From Patescibacteria group bacterium (GTDB lineage Bacteria > Patescibacteriota > Patescibacteriia > SCPX01): 64,000 bases of DNA. The stretch spans positions 6,876 through 70,875 of the forward strand of contig SCPX01000056.1 of assembly GCA_004298615.1 (NCBI GenBank), given 5' to 3'. Both the position numbers and the translations under genes were made by a program. Shown here one piece after another: positions 44,620-57,335 of the stretch. A model generated the notes under the pieces. That model was not told the DNA's origin. It made no database searches and saw nothing but the letters and a program-made list of their open reading frames with translations. How positions within the stretch are numbered: position 1 is the first letter of the stretch; the number at the start of each line of letters is the position of its first letter.

Positions 44620-45954
44620 ATGAGTCATTCAGTATCGGGAGTTTCTCTGTTTTTGTTGCAAGCGCCGCTTTTAATCGGTTTACCATTTGCCATTTGGCGG
44701 TTCAAATTCGTCCAAAGGTTTATTCCTTTGGTAGTAATCCAGATAATGCTCGGCGTAGTTCTCGGTCCGTCAATATTAGGTCGAGTTTTTCCGGAAATGT
44801 TCAATACGCTATTTCCGCAAGCATCTCTGATGCCTATTAACGGCCTTTCTTGGATTGCCATAATCCTCTTCGGATTTCTTACCGGACTTCATTTTGATTA
44901 TCGCGATATCAAAGGCCGGGGCGCCTCATTTGCCATTACCAGTCTTTCCAGTATTTTAGTGCCTTTCGGCTTGGCTCTTTTGGCCGCCTGGCAGATTTGG
45001 AATTCTTATTCCAATGTTTTTGCCGGCAATAATGCCATTGCTTTCACATTTATTATCGCAATGGGAATTGCGGTCGGAGTGACAGCCTTACCGGTTCTGT
45101 CGGCGATATTGATAGAAATGCATTTGATTCAGCGGCCGCTGGGCAAAGCCGCTCTTGGTTTCGCCACTGTCAATGACGGAGTCCTCTGGATTCTGGTTTC
45201 AATTCTTTTGTCTCTGGCTTCGTCCGGAGCGAATATCAATGCGGCAACAGTCGCAAAAACCATAGGATTAACTCTATTGTTTCTCTCGATTATGGCGCTG
45301 GCAGTAAGGCTGTTTATTATGCGTTGCCTGAATGCGAAAATAATTTCTTCGCAAATCCATAATCAAGATTTGGTGGCGGTGCTTTGCCTGCTTTTCATTT
45401 CGGCTTTTATTACCGAATTGATCGGCGTTCATTTCCTATTGGGCGCTTTTACGGCCGGAGCCATAATTCCCAAGGAAATGTCCCACGGCATCCAGCACAA
45501 ACTTGAGCATTCAGTCTCAATAATCCTTTTACCGTTCTTTTTTATGTCCACGGGACTGCAAACTAAGTTTGACTTCGGCGCTTCGGAGATCTGGATTCTT
45601 TTTGCTCTTATGACCGCCGTATCAATTGTCGGCAAAGTGGCCGGGACTGCCATTCCTGAAAAACTAAGCGGCTCTTCGTGGGTCAGGTCTTTGGAACTCG
45701 GCGCGCTGATGCAGTGCAAGGGACTGATGGAGGTCGTCGTTCTTCAAATGATGCTTGCGGCGCAGATTATTACGCCGCAATGTTTCTCCGCCATGCTTTT
45801 TATGGCCATCACTACTACGGCTTTTACCAAGCCGGCCGTATTGATCGTGCGCAGATATTTCGGAACGCACAAACACCGCATTGAAGACGCCGAACCAATG
45901 ATAATGGACGCTCCGGAGCCGCCGCAATTAATGGAATTGGTAAAAAACGGATAG
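44620..45954 (+). CDS. Cation:proton antiporter, CPA2 family, paralog
   Basis: It has the Na_H_Exchanger profile ('IMLGVVLGPSILG'). Confidence 0.75.
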   Translation: MSHSVSGVSLFLLQAPLLIGLPFAIWRFKFVQRFIPLVVIQIMLGVVLGPSILGRVFPEMFNTLFPQASLMPINGLSWIAIILFGFLTGLHFDYRDIKGRGASFAITSLSSILVPFGLALLAAWQIWNSYSNVFAGNNAIAFTFIIAMGIAVGVTALPVLSAILIEMHLIQRPLGKAALGFATVNDGVLWILVSILLSLASSGANINAATVAKTIGLTLLFLSIMALAVRLFIMRCLNAKIISSQIHNQDLVAVLCLLFISAFITELIGVHFLLGAFTAGAIIPKEMSHGIQHKLEHSVSIILLPFFFMSTGLQTKFDFGASEIWILFALMTAVSIVGKVAGTAIPEKLSGSSWVRSLELGALMQCKGLMEVVVLQMMLAAQIITPQCFSAMLFMAITTTAFTKPAVLIVRRYFGTHKHRIEDAEPMIMDAPEPPQLMELVKNG

Positions 45955-45982
45955 ATTTTATTTAATCTTGCTTTTGTTCTTT

Positions 45983-46025
45983 AAAGTCCAAACTTTTTTA
46001 GTTAAAAGTTTGGACTTTTTTTTAT
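45983..46025 (+). terminator. Rho-independent terminator (aaagtccaaactttt-ttagtt-aaaagtttggacttt followed by ttttta)
   Basis: Seen in sequence. Confidence 0.7.
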
Positions 46026-46156
46026 CCGTTTTCTCTTAAAATTATTCTAAACCATTGCAATTTAATGAAAATTCGGCTATACTGTTTATGTTTTTAAGGA
46101 GATTATTATTTTTTTAAGTGCGGATCAATGAGTTTTGATGGTATATTCATCAAGAT

Positions 46157-48328
46157 TTGTTGACGCGCATTTGTCTCTTCTCTATGCATGAGAGCTCGTT
46201 TTTTCTCGTCGTTTTGGCGGTTTCGTTCCTTTTATTTTTAGCCGCTTATGTGGCGGTTTATGTAAAGCAGATCCGTTTGCCTTATACCGTGGCGTTGACG
46301 GTCTTTGGAATAATTTTAAGCATTTTATCCCGTTTTGCGCCGTTTGATTTTTTAAATGTATTGGAACTTTCGCCCGATCTGGTATTTTATTTATTTTTGC
46401 CAATGCTTATTTTTGAAGGCGCGTACAATATGAAATTTTTGGAGTTGCGCGCGAATTTTAAAACGATTTCGGCTCTTGCGATCGGCAGTTTATTGGTCTC
46501 CGCTTTTTTCATCGGCTGGGCTTTATTTCAAGTTTTCAAAATGATCGGATTGGAAATTCCTTTTATCACTCTTTTACTTTTCGGGGCGCTTATTTCAGCC
46601 ACCGACCCGATCGCCGCTCTGGCGATTTTCAAAGAATTGGGCGTACCCAAAAGATTGCGACTGCTTTTGGAAGGGGAGAGTGTGGCCAATGACGGGACGG
46701 CTCTAGTGCTTTTTCAGGTGGTCTTAGGCATTGCCTCGGGCGGGGCATTGACCGCCTGGAAGCTGGCGGAAAGTTTTGGCAATTTTTGGTTTTTGGTCGG
46801 CGGAGGAATTATTTTCGGAAGCGTTTTAGGGATTATTTTTTCAAAATTGATAGAGCGGATAAGAAATTTAGCCGTTGTGGAAATTACTTTAACATTGGTT
46901 CTCGCCCATACGGCTTTTATTTTTGCGGAAAAATTTCTTCATGTTTCGGGAATTATCGCCACGGCAAGCGCAGCTATGCTGATAGGAAATTACGGCCGGT
47001 ATAAAATTTCTCCGGAAGTGCGGAGCTTTATGGAACATTTTTGGGAGTATATGGCTTTTGTAGCCAACTCCCTTATTTTTTTGCTAATCGGGCTTTCCAT
47101 CCGTGAAGCGCGTTTTGGAAATTACATCTGGCCGATCATAATAGCTTTGGCGGTCGTATTTATCGCACGATTCGTTTCCGTTTACGCGGTAATCCCGTTT
47201 ACCAACAAATTAGCCAAGGAAGAAAAAACGCCTTTTTCCTGGCAATTTATCCTGTCTTGGGGCGGATTGCGCGGCGCTTTGCCTATGGCCATCGTGCTTA
47301 TCTTGCCGGCCGACTCGCCGTTTTTACCGGCCGAACATCGGGAGTTACTTTTAGTTTTGACGGTTTCCGTGATTTATTTTACTCTGCTTTTTCAAGCGCC
47401 GACTTTGACGAAATTTTTAAATAGATTTAGGTTGACGGTCTTGACTCCGGTCCAGCAATTGGAACAGGAAGAAGGATTTTTACTTATGGACTCGGCCATT
47501 TTGAAAAAGCTTGACGAAATGAAAGCGAGCGGGAAATTACCGGCAAGCACTCATGAGCGTCTGCGCGAGCTTTACGCCGGACTTCATAAAGATGCCGAAC
47601 AAAGATTGCGGACGCTGTTAAAAGACCGAGGCGAGATTTTATCGCACGAAGAAATGCTTTTTATATTGCGCAAGCATTTGCTGGGAATTGAGCGGCAAGC
47701 GTACATCCGTCTTTTTGACAAGCACGAGATTTCCGAAAGAATGCTGGTGGTTTTAAAAGATAAAATAGACAGGCAGATTGACCGCTTGGAAAGACGAGTG
47801 CCGCAAGCGGCCGCGGTGGGCAAAGGCAGCCGTCTGGCTTTTTGGGAATTGGAACAGAAAATTTATAAATTTATTGATAAAATCAATATCGCCTTTGTGA
47901 AAAATTGGTCTAAAAACCGAAAGCTTGATTTTGAAATTGAAGTTTATCAGAAATACCGCGCCAGAAAAATTGCCGTTGAAAAAGCGATGAAAGAGCTTGA
48001 CAATATCACGGCGACGCGCGTTTTTATCGACCAGGCGGTCATTGATGCCGTAAGGAAACAATACGATTATTGGTTTGAAAATTCTCTAAAAAGATTGGAT
48101 GAAATGGAAAAGAAAAATCCCATCCTCATTGAATCAATCAGATTCGTGATCGGGAATACCGTATCTATAGCCCTTGAGCAAAAAATACTCCGCGAATTGC
48201 TGCAAAAAGGAATTTTGGCGGAAAACGCTTATGCCGAAGTAAACGATTATCTTCACGGCCTGATTGTTGAAAAACATGATGTTAAGAAAATGTATTTTAA
48301 GGAATTAAAAGAAAGAGGAATGGCTTAA
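46157..48328 (+). CDS. Na+/H+ antiporter of the CPA1 (NhaP) type with a long cytoplasmic regulatory C-terminal domain
   Basis: The TM domain carries 'ATDPIAALAIF' and 'GESVANDGTALVLF'. A C-terminal soluble domain of about 300 aa follows. Confidence 0.75.
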   Translation: MLTRICLFSMHESSFFLVVLAVSFLLFLAAYVAVYVKQIRLPYTVALTVFGIILSILSRFAPFDFLNVLELSPDLVFYLFLPMLIFEGAYNMKFLELRANFKTISALAIGSLLVSAFFIGWALFQVFKMIGLEIPFITLLLFGALISATDPIAALAIFKELGVPKRLRLLLEGESVANDGTALVLFQVVLGIASGGALTAWKLAESFGNFWFLVGGGIIFGSVLGIIFSKLIERIRNLAVVEITLTLVLAHTAFIFAEKFLHVSGIIATASAAMLIGNYGRYKISPEVRSFMEHFWEYMAFVANSLIFLLIGLSIREARFGNYIWPIIIALAVVFIARFVSVYAVIPFTNKLAKEEKTPFSWQFILSWGGLRGALPMAIVLILPADSPFLPAEHRELLLVLTVSVIYFTLLFQAPTLTKFLNRFRLTVLTPVQQLEQEEGFLLMDSAILKKLDEMKASGKLPASTHERLRELYAGLHKDAEQRLRTLLKDRGEILSHEEMLFILRKHLLGIERQAYIRLFDKHEISERMLVVLKDKIDRQIDRLERRVPQAAAVGKGSRLAFWELEQKIYKFIDKINIAFVKNWSKNRKLDFEIEVYQKYRARKIAVEKAMKELDNITATRVFIDQAVIDAVRKQYDYWFENSLKRLDEMEKKNPILIESIRFVIGNTVSIALEQKILRELLQKGILAENAYAEVNDYLHGLIVEKHDVKKMYFKELKERGMA

Positions 48329-48435
48329 GATAGCGCATAATTTGCTAACCTTAGCCAAAATACCGCAAAAGTCTTGCCAAAAACTAATTTTTGGTTTATA
48401 ATGAGCCAATTTGGTTAAAATTAATTCAAATAAAA

Positions 48436-49254
48436 ATGGCTAAAGAATTGGAAATTTCAATCGCGGCCGAACCGATTTTTCATATTGGATCTTTTGCCGT
48501 CACAAACTCGCTATTGAATTCTTGGGTCGCGGTTGTAATAATCGTAATATTATCAATGTTGATAAGGCGAAAAATAACCCGCGTGCCAAGAGGATTGCAA
48601 AATGTTGTTGAAATGATTTTTGAACAAGCTTTGACCTTGGCCGATTCCATCACCGGTTCGCGTGAAAAATCAATGAAATTTTTACCCATAGTTCTCCCGC
48701 TTTTTACTTTTATATTGATAAATAATTGGCTGGGAATCCTGCCGGGCATCGGTTCCATAGGATTTTTTGAAGGAGAAGGGGATCATAAACTGTTTGTTCC
48801 GTTTTTTCGCGGCGCGACCGCCGATTTGAATACCACTTTGGCTCTAGCCGTTGTGACCATAATTTTGACGCACATATTCGGAGTGATAATGACCGGCGCT
48901 TGGAGCCATTTTAATAAATTTATAAGAATCAATCTTTTTCTGGAATTGCCCAGAAAAGTTTTTAAAGAAAAAGAATACTCGGCTCTGCTCACCAATCCGA
49001 TTCAATTTTTCGTCGGTTTGATTGAAATAGTCGGAGAGTTGGCAAAAGTGGCATCGTTGTCTTTCCGGTTGTTCGGCAATATTTTCGCCGGCGAAGTGCT
49101 GATGGGAGCGATTGCTTTGATTTTCGCCTACGCTTTGCCCATACCGTTTATGTTTTTGGAAATGATCGTGGGAATTGTGCAGGCGCTGATTTTCTCAATT
49201 CTGGCATTGGTTTTTATGAGCATTATGTCAACGGATCATGCGCACGAACATTAA
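48436..49254 (+). CDS. atpB: F0 ATP synthase subunit a (operon copy)
   Basis: It has the 'SFRLFGNIFAGEVLM' signature and is the first gene of the atp operon. Confidence 0.85.
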   Translation: MAKELEISIAAEPIFHIGSFAVTNSLLNSWVAVVIIVILSMLIRRKITRVPRGLQNVVEMIFEQALTLADSITGSREKSMKFLPIVLPLFTFILINNWLGILPGIGSIGFFEGEGDHKLFVPFFRGATADLNTTLALAVVTIILTHIFGVIMTGAWSHFNKFIRINLFLELPRKVFKEKEYSALLTNPIQFFVGLIEIVGELAKVASLSFRLFGNIFAGEVLMGAIALIFAYALPIPFMFLEMIVGIVQALIFSILALVFMSIMSTDHAHEH

Positions 49255-49323
49255 TTTATGTTTATTATTAAAAATTATTAATTAATAATGCGATCTTCTT
49301 GAAAAAGAAAGAATCGCGCATAA

Positions 49324-49545
<222 letters not shown>

Positions 49546-49557
49546 TTAAAAAATACC

Positions 49558-50061
49558 ATGGAATCAATCATTGAAACATTTCATCTTGATTGGAAATTAT
49601 TTTTAGCCCAAGCGGTGAATTTCACCATTGTGGCGGTGGTTTTGTGGCGCTTTGCTTTCAAGCCGTTGGCGAAAAATCTGTCCGAACGGACCAAAACCAT
49701 TGAAAAAAGCCTGAAGCAAGCCAAGGAAATCGCGGAACAAAGAGAAGAGATGCTGAAATTGCGCGAACAGGCCGTGCTGGAAGCGCAGATTGAAGCCAAA
49801 AAAGTGATTGATGAGACCAGCAATAAGATGAAAGAATACGAAGAACAGATGCGGATTAAAACGCAAAATCAAGCGGAAGTTATTTTAACCAAAGCCAAGT
49901 CCGATATTCAGGAAGAGAAAGGAAAAATGTTGAGCGAGGTCAGACAAGAAGCGGCCGATTTGGTGGTAATGGCTTTGGAAAAAGTTTTGCAGGAAAAAGT
50001 CACGGCCGATTTGGATAAAAAATTGGCGGAAAAAGCGGTTAATAGCATTGCGACGAATTAA
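49558..50061 (+). CDS. atpF: F0 ATP synthase subunit b
   Basis: An N-terminal TM helix is followed by a long charged helix. Confidence 0.8.
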   Translation: MESIIETFHLDWKLFLAQAVNFTIVAVVLWRFAFKPLAKNLSERTKTIEKSLKQAKEIAEQREEMLKLREQAVLEAQIEAKKVIDETSNKMKEYEEQMRIKTQNQAEVILTKAKSDIQEEKGKMLSEVRQEAADLVVMALEKVLQEKVTADLDKKLAEKAVNSIATN

Positions 50062-50066
50062 TTATT

Positions 50067-50456
50067 ATGAAAAAAATAAATGCAAAACATTACGCTCAAG
50101 CGCTTTCCAGAATTTCCGGCGCTCCGGATTTAAGCGTTGTTTTGGATAATTTTTTTAACTTGGTTCGGAAAAACGGCCAATTGTCCGGATTGGGAGAAAT
50201 ATTAAGCGAATACGAACGCATAGCGCTGGAAAAAAAAGAAGGTATTGCCGCGGATTTGTCAGTGGCTGCTTCGGAGAATAAGACAATAATCACGGAGATG
50301 ATTAAACGGATAAAAATTCCCGGCATTGAAAAATTTAAAATTACCGCCAGAGACGACAAAGATCTTTTAGGCGGATTTAAATTACGCGTCAGGGATATTT
50401 TGATAGACGCCGGCTTAAAGAAAAAAATTACTGACCTTAAGAAATCATTTAATTAG
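50067..50456 (+). CDS. atpH: ATP synthase subunit delta (OSCP), short form
   Basis: Assigned by position between atpF and atpA, with the OSCP-like C-terminus '[16 protein letters not shown]'. Confidence 0.6.
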   Translation: MKKINAKHYAQALSRISGAPDLSVVLDNFFNLVRKNGQLSGLGEILSEYERIALEKKEGIAADLSVAASENKTIITEMIKRIKIPGIEKFKITARDDKDLLGGFKLRVRDILIDAGLKKKITDLKKSFN

Positions 50457-50457
50457 T

Positions 50458-51975
50458 ATGCCCAATGACGAACGGATTATCCGGTATTTACAAGAAAAAA
50501 TCAATCAATTCGCGCCTAAAACTGAAATTGAGCGCGTAGGCACCGTGACCGAAGTGGCTGACGGCGTGGCAAGAATAGACGGACTATCTAACGCGGCGGC
50601 CAGTGAAATGCTTGAATTTATCACCAAAGACAACGAAGTTATAAATGGAATGGTTTTGAACCTGGAAGAAGATTCGGTCGGCGCCATGATTCTCGGAGAT
50701 TACGCCAAAATAAAAGAAGGCGATACGGTCAAATCAACCGGCCGGATTTTATCAATTCCGGTGGGCGATGAATTGCTTTCACGGGTGATTGATCCTTTGT
50801 GCAATCCCGTGGACGGCCGGGGACAGATAGAATCGTCAAAATACTATCCGGTTGAGAAAAAAGCGCCCGGGGTGATTGAGCGCGAATCCGTGAAAAGCCC
50901 GCTCCAGACCGGCATCAAGGCCGTTGATACGATGATTCCGATCGGCCGGGGGCAGCGGGAATTGATTATTGGCGACAGGCAGACCGGAAAATCCCAAATC
51001 GCCATTGATACGATTATTAATCAAAAAGGGCAAAATACGATTTGCATTTATGTGGCGATCGGGCAAAAAGAATCAAAAATCGCGCGCATCGCGGCCAGAT
51101 TGGAAGAAGCGGGAGCTATGGATTACACGATTGTGGTGGTGGCGGGCGCGTCTGATCCGGCGCCGCTTTCTTTTCTCGCGCCGTATTCCGGCTGCGCCAT
51201 TGGAGAATATTTTATGGATCAGGGAAAAGATGTTTTGATCGTGTATGACGATCTTTCCAAACACGCGACAAGCTACCGGCAGGTATCTCTGATTTTGCGA
51301 CGGCCCCCCGGCAGGGAAGCATACCCGGGCGATGTTTTTTATCTGCACTCCAGGCTTTTGGAAAGGTCTTGCAAATTATCCAAAGAATTGGGCGGGGGGA
51401 GTATCACCGCTTTGCCGATTATTGAAACGCAAGCCGGCGATGTATCCGCTTATATTCCGACCAATGTTATTTCCATAACGGACGGCCAGATATATCTTGA
51501 AGGCGACCTTTTTTATCAAGGAGTGCGGCCGGCCGTCAATGTGGGTCTTTCCGTTTCCCGCGTGGGATCGGCGGCGCAGACCAAAGCAATGAAAAAAGTG
51601 GCCGGAAAAATCCGCTTGGAATTGGCGCAATATCGGGAATTGGCGGCGTTCGCGCAATTTGCGTCCGATCTTGACGAGACGACCAAGAAACAAATTGAGC
51701 GGGGAAAAAGATTGGTGGAAGTATTGAAGCAAGACCAATTCAGTCCGATGTCAATGGAGCATCAGGTAGCCATAATTTACGCGGCTATAAACAGTTATAT
51801 TGATGATGTGGCGGTTGAGAAAGTGAAGGACTTTGAAAATCAGTTTCATTCTTATCTTGACGCGAGTTTCGGAGGCTTGATGAAAAAACTGGGAGAACAA
51901 AAAGAGCTTACACCGGAAATTGAAAAGGAATTAAAAAAAGCGATAGAGGTTTTTAAAAAAGTTTATGGCCAGTAA
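50458..51975 (+). CDS. atpA: ATP synthase subunit alpha
   Basis: It has a Walker A motif ('GDRQTGKS') and the 'ITDGQIYLE' motif. Confidence 0.95.
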   Translation: MPNDERIIRYLQEKINQFAPKTEIERVGTVTEVADGVARIDGLSNAAASEMLEFITKDNEVINGMVLNLEEDSVGAMILGDYAKIKEGDTVKSTGRILSIPVGDELLSRVIDPLCNPVDGRGQIESSKYYPVEKKAPGVIERESVKSPLQTGIKAVDTMIPIGRGQRELIIGDRQTGKSQIAIDTIINQKGQNTICIYVAIGQKESKIARIAARLEEAGAMDYTIVVVAGASDPAPLSFLAPYSGCAIGEYFMDQGKDVLIVYDDLSKHATSYRQVSLILRRPPGREAYPGDVFYLHSRLLERSCKLSKELGGGSITALPIIETQAGDVSAYIPTNVISITDGQIYLEGDLFYQGVRPAVNVGLSVSRVGSAAQTKAMKKVAGKIRLELAQYRELAAFAQFASDLDETTKKQIERGKRLVEVLKQDQFSPMSMEHQVAIIYAAINSYIDDVAVEKVKDFENQFHSYLDASFGGLMKKLGEQKELTPEIEKELKKAIEVFKKVYGQ

Positions 51976-52861
51976 TACGCGCCAAATCAGAAGGCAAATC
52001 AAATCCATTAAAAATACGGCGAAAATTACGCGCGCGATGGAAATGATTTCAGCCGTTAAGCTGCAAAAAACTCAAGCGCAGGCTTTGGCTTCACGCGCTT
52101 ATTCGCTTGCCGCCAAAGAAATTCTGGAAAAGCTCACTCTGGGCATTGAAACAAGCGAGCATCCTTTTTTCATCGAGCGGCCGATAGAGCGAATCGGCAT
52201 TATCGTAATGTCGTCCAATCGCGGATTGTGCGGAAGCCTGAACGGCAATATTTTGAAAACCGTTTTGGATTATGAAAAAAATATTTTAGTGAATTTTCCC
52301 GGCGCTGAAATTTCTTACATTACAATGGGAAAAAAAATTCGCGACAGCCTGGCCAGGCTTGGAAAAAATATTTTAGCCGATTTTCCCAAACCGGACATCG
52401 CTTTGAATAGTTTGCCGGCCGTCCCATTGGCGAATTTGGCGGTTGAGGAATTTTCCAAGAAAAATCTGGATCGCGTGGTTATGATTTTTCCCGAATCAGT
52501 TTCAATCGTTAATCAAAAACCGATCGTTTTGCAGCTTTTGCCTCTGGCGTATGAATTTGCCGAAGAAGCGGCCGAAAAAGAAGCTGAAAAAAAACGCCGC
52601 ATTTCTTATATTTTTGAGCCGACCAAAGAGGAGATTTTGGGGCAAGCGCTCGTGAGACTTTTAGAAACGCGGGTTTTTCAATCGCTTTTGGAAGCCAATG
52701 CCGCGGAGCACGCGGCCAGAATGGTGGCTATGAAAAACGCGACCGACAGCGCCAAGGATTTGGTTGACGATCTGACGCTTTTTTACAACCGCACCCGCCA
52801 AGCCGCGATCACTCAAGAAGTATCGGAAATCACTTCGGGACGGTTGGCGCTTGAAAATTAA
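51965..52861 (+). CDS. atpG: ATP synthase subunit gamma
   Basis: The gamma-subunit N-terminus '[26 protein letters not shown]' is present. It overlaps atpA by 11 nt. Confidence 0.9.
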   Translation: MASNTRQIRRQIKSIKNTAKITRAMEMISAVKLQKTQAQALASRAYSLAAKEILEKLTLGIETSEHPFFIERPIERIGIIVMSSNRGLCGSLNGNILKTVLDYEKNILVNFPGAEISYITMGKKIRDSLARLGKNILADFPKPDIALNSLPAVPLANLAVEEFSKKNLDRVVMIFPESVSIVNQKPIVLQLLPLAYEFAEEAAEKEAEKKRRISYIFEPTKEEILGQALVRLLETRVFQSLLEANAAEHAARMVAMKNATDSAKDLVDDLTLFYNRTRQAAITQEVSEITSGRLALEN

Positions 52862-52892
52862 ATATGATTTATATTTAAATACTTAATACTAA

Positions 52893-54293
<1,401 letters not shown>

Positions 54294-54302
54294 AGTGGTA
54301 AT

Positions 54303-54725
54303 ATGTCAAAGAAGATCCATTTTCAAATAGTCACGCCGGAAAAAGTCGCGTATAAGGATGATGTTGATTCTATTACTTTGTCTACGCAAATAGGAGAAAT
54401 TACCGTTTTGCCGGATCACGCGCCTTTGATTTCATCTTTAAAATCAGGCGAGGCGATTATCAAAAAAGACGGAGAGGAATTAAGCATTGCCGTTTCCGGA
54501 GGATTTCTTCAAATCCAGCCGAAAAATAGAGCGGTGGTATTGGCGGATGCGGCCGAGCGGGCCGAAGAAATTTCCGAAGAGCGGGCCGAGGAAGCGAGGA
54601 AGCGGGCCGAAGAAATTTTAAAAGAAAAAAGATTGGATAAGGCCGAAATGGCCACGGCCGCCGCCGCTTTGGAAAAATCGTTAATACGATTAAAAGTCGC
54701 GCGGAGGCGGACCGGAAGACGCTAA
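54303..54725 (+). CDS. atpC: ATP synthase subunit epsilon
   Basis: It has an N-terminal beta-sandwich and a C-terminal helical hairpin. Confidence 0.85.
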   Translation: MSKKIHFQIVTPEKVAYKDDVDSITLSTQIGEITVLPDHAPLISSLKSGEAIIKKDGEELSIAVSGGFLQIQPKNRAVVLADAAERAEEISEERAEEARKRAEEILKEKRLDKAEMATAAAALEKSLIRLKVARRRTGRR

Positions 54726-54728
54726 AAT

Positions 54729-55268
54729 ATGTTCAGACTTTTTTATAAAATTTTTACCACGCCAAAAACCGTCATAAGCGCTGATGATTTGAATTGCGAG
54801 CAGGCGGAAGTGAATGCTATCGGCGCGAAGATTCAAGAAAAAGTGAAAAAGCTTTTTCGGGGATCTCTGGCTATAAGAATGGTGGATGCCGGATCAACCA
54901 ACGCGGCCGAGTATGAATTGACGGCTTTGTCCAACGCTTTTTACGATGCGGACAGATTCGGAATTCATTTTGTGGCCTCGCCGAAGCACGCGGATATGCT
55001 TATAGTCACCGGGCCGGTGACGAGAAATATGAAAAACGCCTTGATCAAGGCCTACGAGGCAACTCCTGATCCAAAAATCGTCGTGGCGCTGGGAGACGAT
55101 GCCATAGACGGCGGAATTTTCAAAGGATCTTACGCGACTTATGACGGAGTGAAAAAAGTAATACCGGTTGATTATGAAATTCCCGGCGATCCGCCCAGTC
55201 CCAAAACAATCCTTTGCCATTTATTGAAAATCATCGGAACAATTGAAGCTAAACGGGCAGGAGGATAA
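54729..55268 (+). CDS. NuoB/HyfI-like (complex-I 20-kDa / hydrogenase small-subunit homologue) lacking all four [4Fe-4S] cysteine ligands
   Basis: Alignment to NuoB by eye gives 'FVASPKHADMLIVTGPVT' = 'FRASPRQSDVMIVAGTLT'. 'VVALGDDAIDGG' corresponds to 'ISMGSCANSGG' (Cys to Asp). 'IPVDYEIPGDPPSP' corresponds to 'VPVDIYVPGCPPT' (Cys to Asp). The CCxxE box is replaced by 'DAGSTNAAE'. Confidence 0.75.
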   Translation: MFRLFYKIFTTPKTVISADDLNCEQAEVNAIGAKIQEKVKKLFRGSLAIRMVDAGSTNAAEYELTALSNAFYDADRFGIHFVASPKHADMLIVTGPVTRNMKNALIKAYEATPDPKIVVALGDDAIDGGIFKGSYATYDGVKKVIPVDYEIPGDPPSPKTILCHLLKIIGTIEAKRAGG

Positions 55269-55274
55269 AACTAA

Positions 55275-57326
55275 TTGGATATGCAAGAATTAATATTGTC
55301 TCAAACTGTTTTTTTCGCCGTATTGGCGTTGTTTGGCTTGGGAGCGATATCCTCTTTATTTTTCAGAAAAGATGATAAGTTGGCGAATTTAGCCGGAAGT
55401 TTTTTCGCCATTTTAGGATCGCTTTTAGGAATTGTTTACGCGGTTGCCGCCCTGTATTCCGATACATCGATTTTTTATGAGATGAAATCATCTTTTCCCT
55501 TGTTGTCATATAATTTCAATATAGATCGGCTCGCCGCGTTTTTTATTTTCATAATTTCCTTGATCTCGCTTTTTTGTTCAATTTATGGCGCAGGTTACAT
55601 AAAACATTTTTACGGAAAATACAATATCGGCACGCTTGGATTTTTTTACAATCTTTTTATCGCGGGAATGCTTTTGGTCGTCTCTTCCTCTAATATTTTA
55701 TTTTTCCTCATTGCCTGGGAAATAATGTCTTTGGCGTCTTATTTTCTGGTTATTTACGAACGGGACAAGCAGGAAAATATAAAAGCCGGATTTCTGTATT
55801 TTGTAATGACGCATATTGGCACCGCTTTTATAATTTTGGCGCTTTTATTGCTGTATAAGTTCGCCGGATCTTTTGATTTTTTGGCGATAAAAGAAGCCGT
55901 CGGGAGTATTCCGCCGCTTGCGAAAGACGCGATTTTTATTCTCGCTTTTATCGGTTTCGGCACAAAAGCGGGAATTATCCCAATGCATATCTGGCTGCCC
56001 GCCGCTCATCCGGCCGCGCCGTCCCATGTTTCCGCCTTGATGTCCGGCGTGATGATCAAGACCGGAATTTATATGATGATTCGTATATTTTTTGATATTC
56101 TGCCAAATGCTCCGGTTTGGTGGGGAACGGTGATTTTAATTTGCGGCGCCACTTCGGCTCTTTTAGGAGTTTTGTACGCGCTTACCGAGCATGACATCAA
56201 AAGACTTTTGGCTTATCACAGCATAGAAAATATCGGCATAATTCTTTTGGGTCTGGGCTCTGCTCTGGTTTTTGCAGCACTTAATATGAAATCGTTTGCG
56301 GCACTGGCTCTTATTGCTTCTCTTTTTCATATTTTAAACCACGCTGTTTTTAAGTCGCTTTTATTTTTGGGCGCCGGATCAGTGATTTCAAAAACTCATA
56401 CGAGAAATATTGAAGAATACGGCGGACTCATCAAACATATGCCGCAGACTGCGCTGTTTTTTCTGGCCGGATCAATGGCTATCTCCGCTCTTCCGCCTTT
56501 CAACGGTTTTTTCAGCGAATGGCTGACATTTCAAGCGCTGTTTGAAGGAATAAAATCAATGAGCTCGTTTTATCGCTGGATTTTTGTTTTTTCAGCCGGA
56601 TCTTTGGTCCTGACAAGCGGTTTGGCGCTGGCTTGTTTTGTTAAGGCCTTTGGTCTGACATTTTTGGCCCGACCGAGAAGCGAGGCAGTAAAGCACGCCA
56701 AAGAATCCTCATTTTCTTTGAGGCTCGGAATGGCGACTTTGGCGGTTTTATGTTTGCTTCTTGGCTTGTTATCAGGATTTTTATTCGCGATTTTTAATAA
56801 GATATTGCAAGGCATAAAATCTTTCGGCGATTATGATCCGGCGCTGGTTGTTTCGCAAAATCATCTCATCAGCGTCAACGGCGGATTTTCCTCAATTTCC
56901 GCTCCGGCGATTTTTGCCGTATTGATTTTGGCCGGTATTGCCGCGTTCGCGATAATCCGCTTAATTTCAAAAGATCAAAAAGTAAAAATCGGCGCCACTT
57001 GGGATTGCGGGACAAATCTCGGTCCCAGAATGGAAATCACTTCCACCGGATTTTCCCGGACGATTATTATGATTTTTAAAGGAATATTAAAGCCGAGCAA
57101 ACAAGCGGGGATTGAATATTCTGACGCCAATATGAGATATTTCCCAAAATCAAGAACTATGGTTTTTGAGATAAGTGATGTTTACAAAAAATATTTTTAC
57201 AAGCCGCTTTATAGTTTTGTTTTTAAAATTTCCGCGCGAGTCAAAAAAATACAAAGCGGCAATGTCAATGCCTATGTTTTATACATCTTTATGGCTTTGA
57301 TATTATTGCTGTTTTTCGCGGTTTAA
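55275..57326 (+). CDS. NuoL/MrpA/HyfB-like antiporter-type membrane subunit
   Basis: It is 683 aa with a Proton_antipo_M core ('WLPAAHPAAPSHVSALMSGVMIKTGIY'). Confidence 0.75.
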   Translation: MDMQELILSQTVFFAVLALFGLGAISSLFFRKDDKLANLAGSFFAILGSLLGIVYAVAALYSDTSIFYEMKSSFPLLSYNFNIDRLAAFFIFIISLISLFCSIYGAGYIKHFYGKYNIGTLGFFYNLFIAGMLLVVSSSNILFFLIAWEIMSLASYFLVIYERDKQENIKAGFLYFVMTHIGTAFIILALLLLYKFAGSFDFLAIKEAVGSIPPLAKDAIFILAFIGFGTKAGIIPMHIWLPAAHPAAPSHVSALMSGVMIKTGIYMMIRIFFDILPNAPVWWGTVILICGATSALLGVLYALTEHDIKRLLAYHSIENIGIILLGLGSALVFAALNMKSFAALALIASLFHILNHAVFKSLLFLGAGSVISKTHTRNIEEYGGLIKHMPQTALFFLAGSMAISALPPFNGFFSEWLTFQALFEGIKSMSSFYRWIFVFSAGSLVLTSGLALACFVKAFGLTFLARPRSEAVKHAKESSFSLRLGMATLAVLCLLLGLLSGFLFAIFNKILQGIKSFGDYDPALVVSQNHLISVNGGFSSISAPAIFAVLILAGIAAFAIIRLISKDQKVKIGATWDCGTNLGPRMEITSTGFSRTIIMIFKGILKPSKQAGIEYSDANMRYFPKSRTMVFEISDVYKKYFYKPLYSFVFKISARVKKIQSGNVNAYVLYIFMALILLLFFAV

Positions 57327-57335
57327 TGGAATAAT

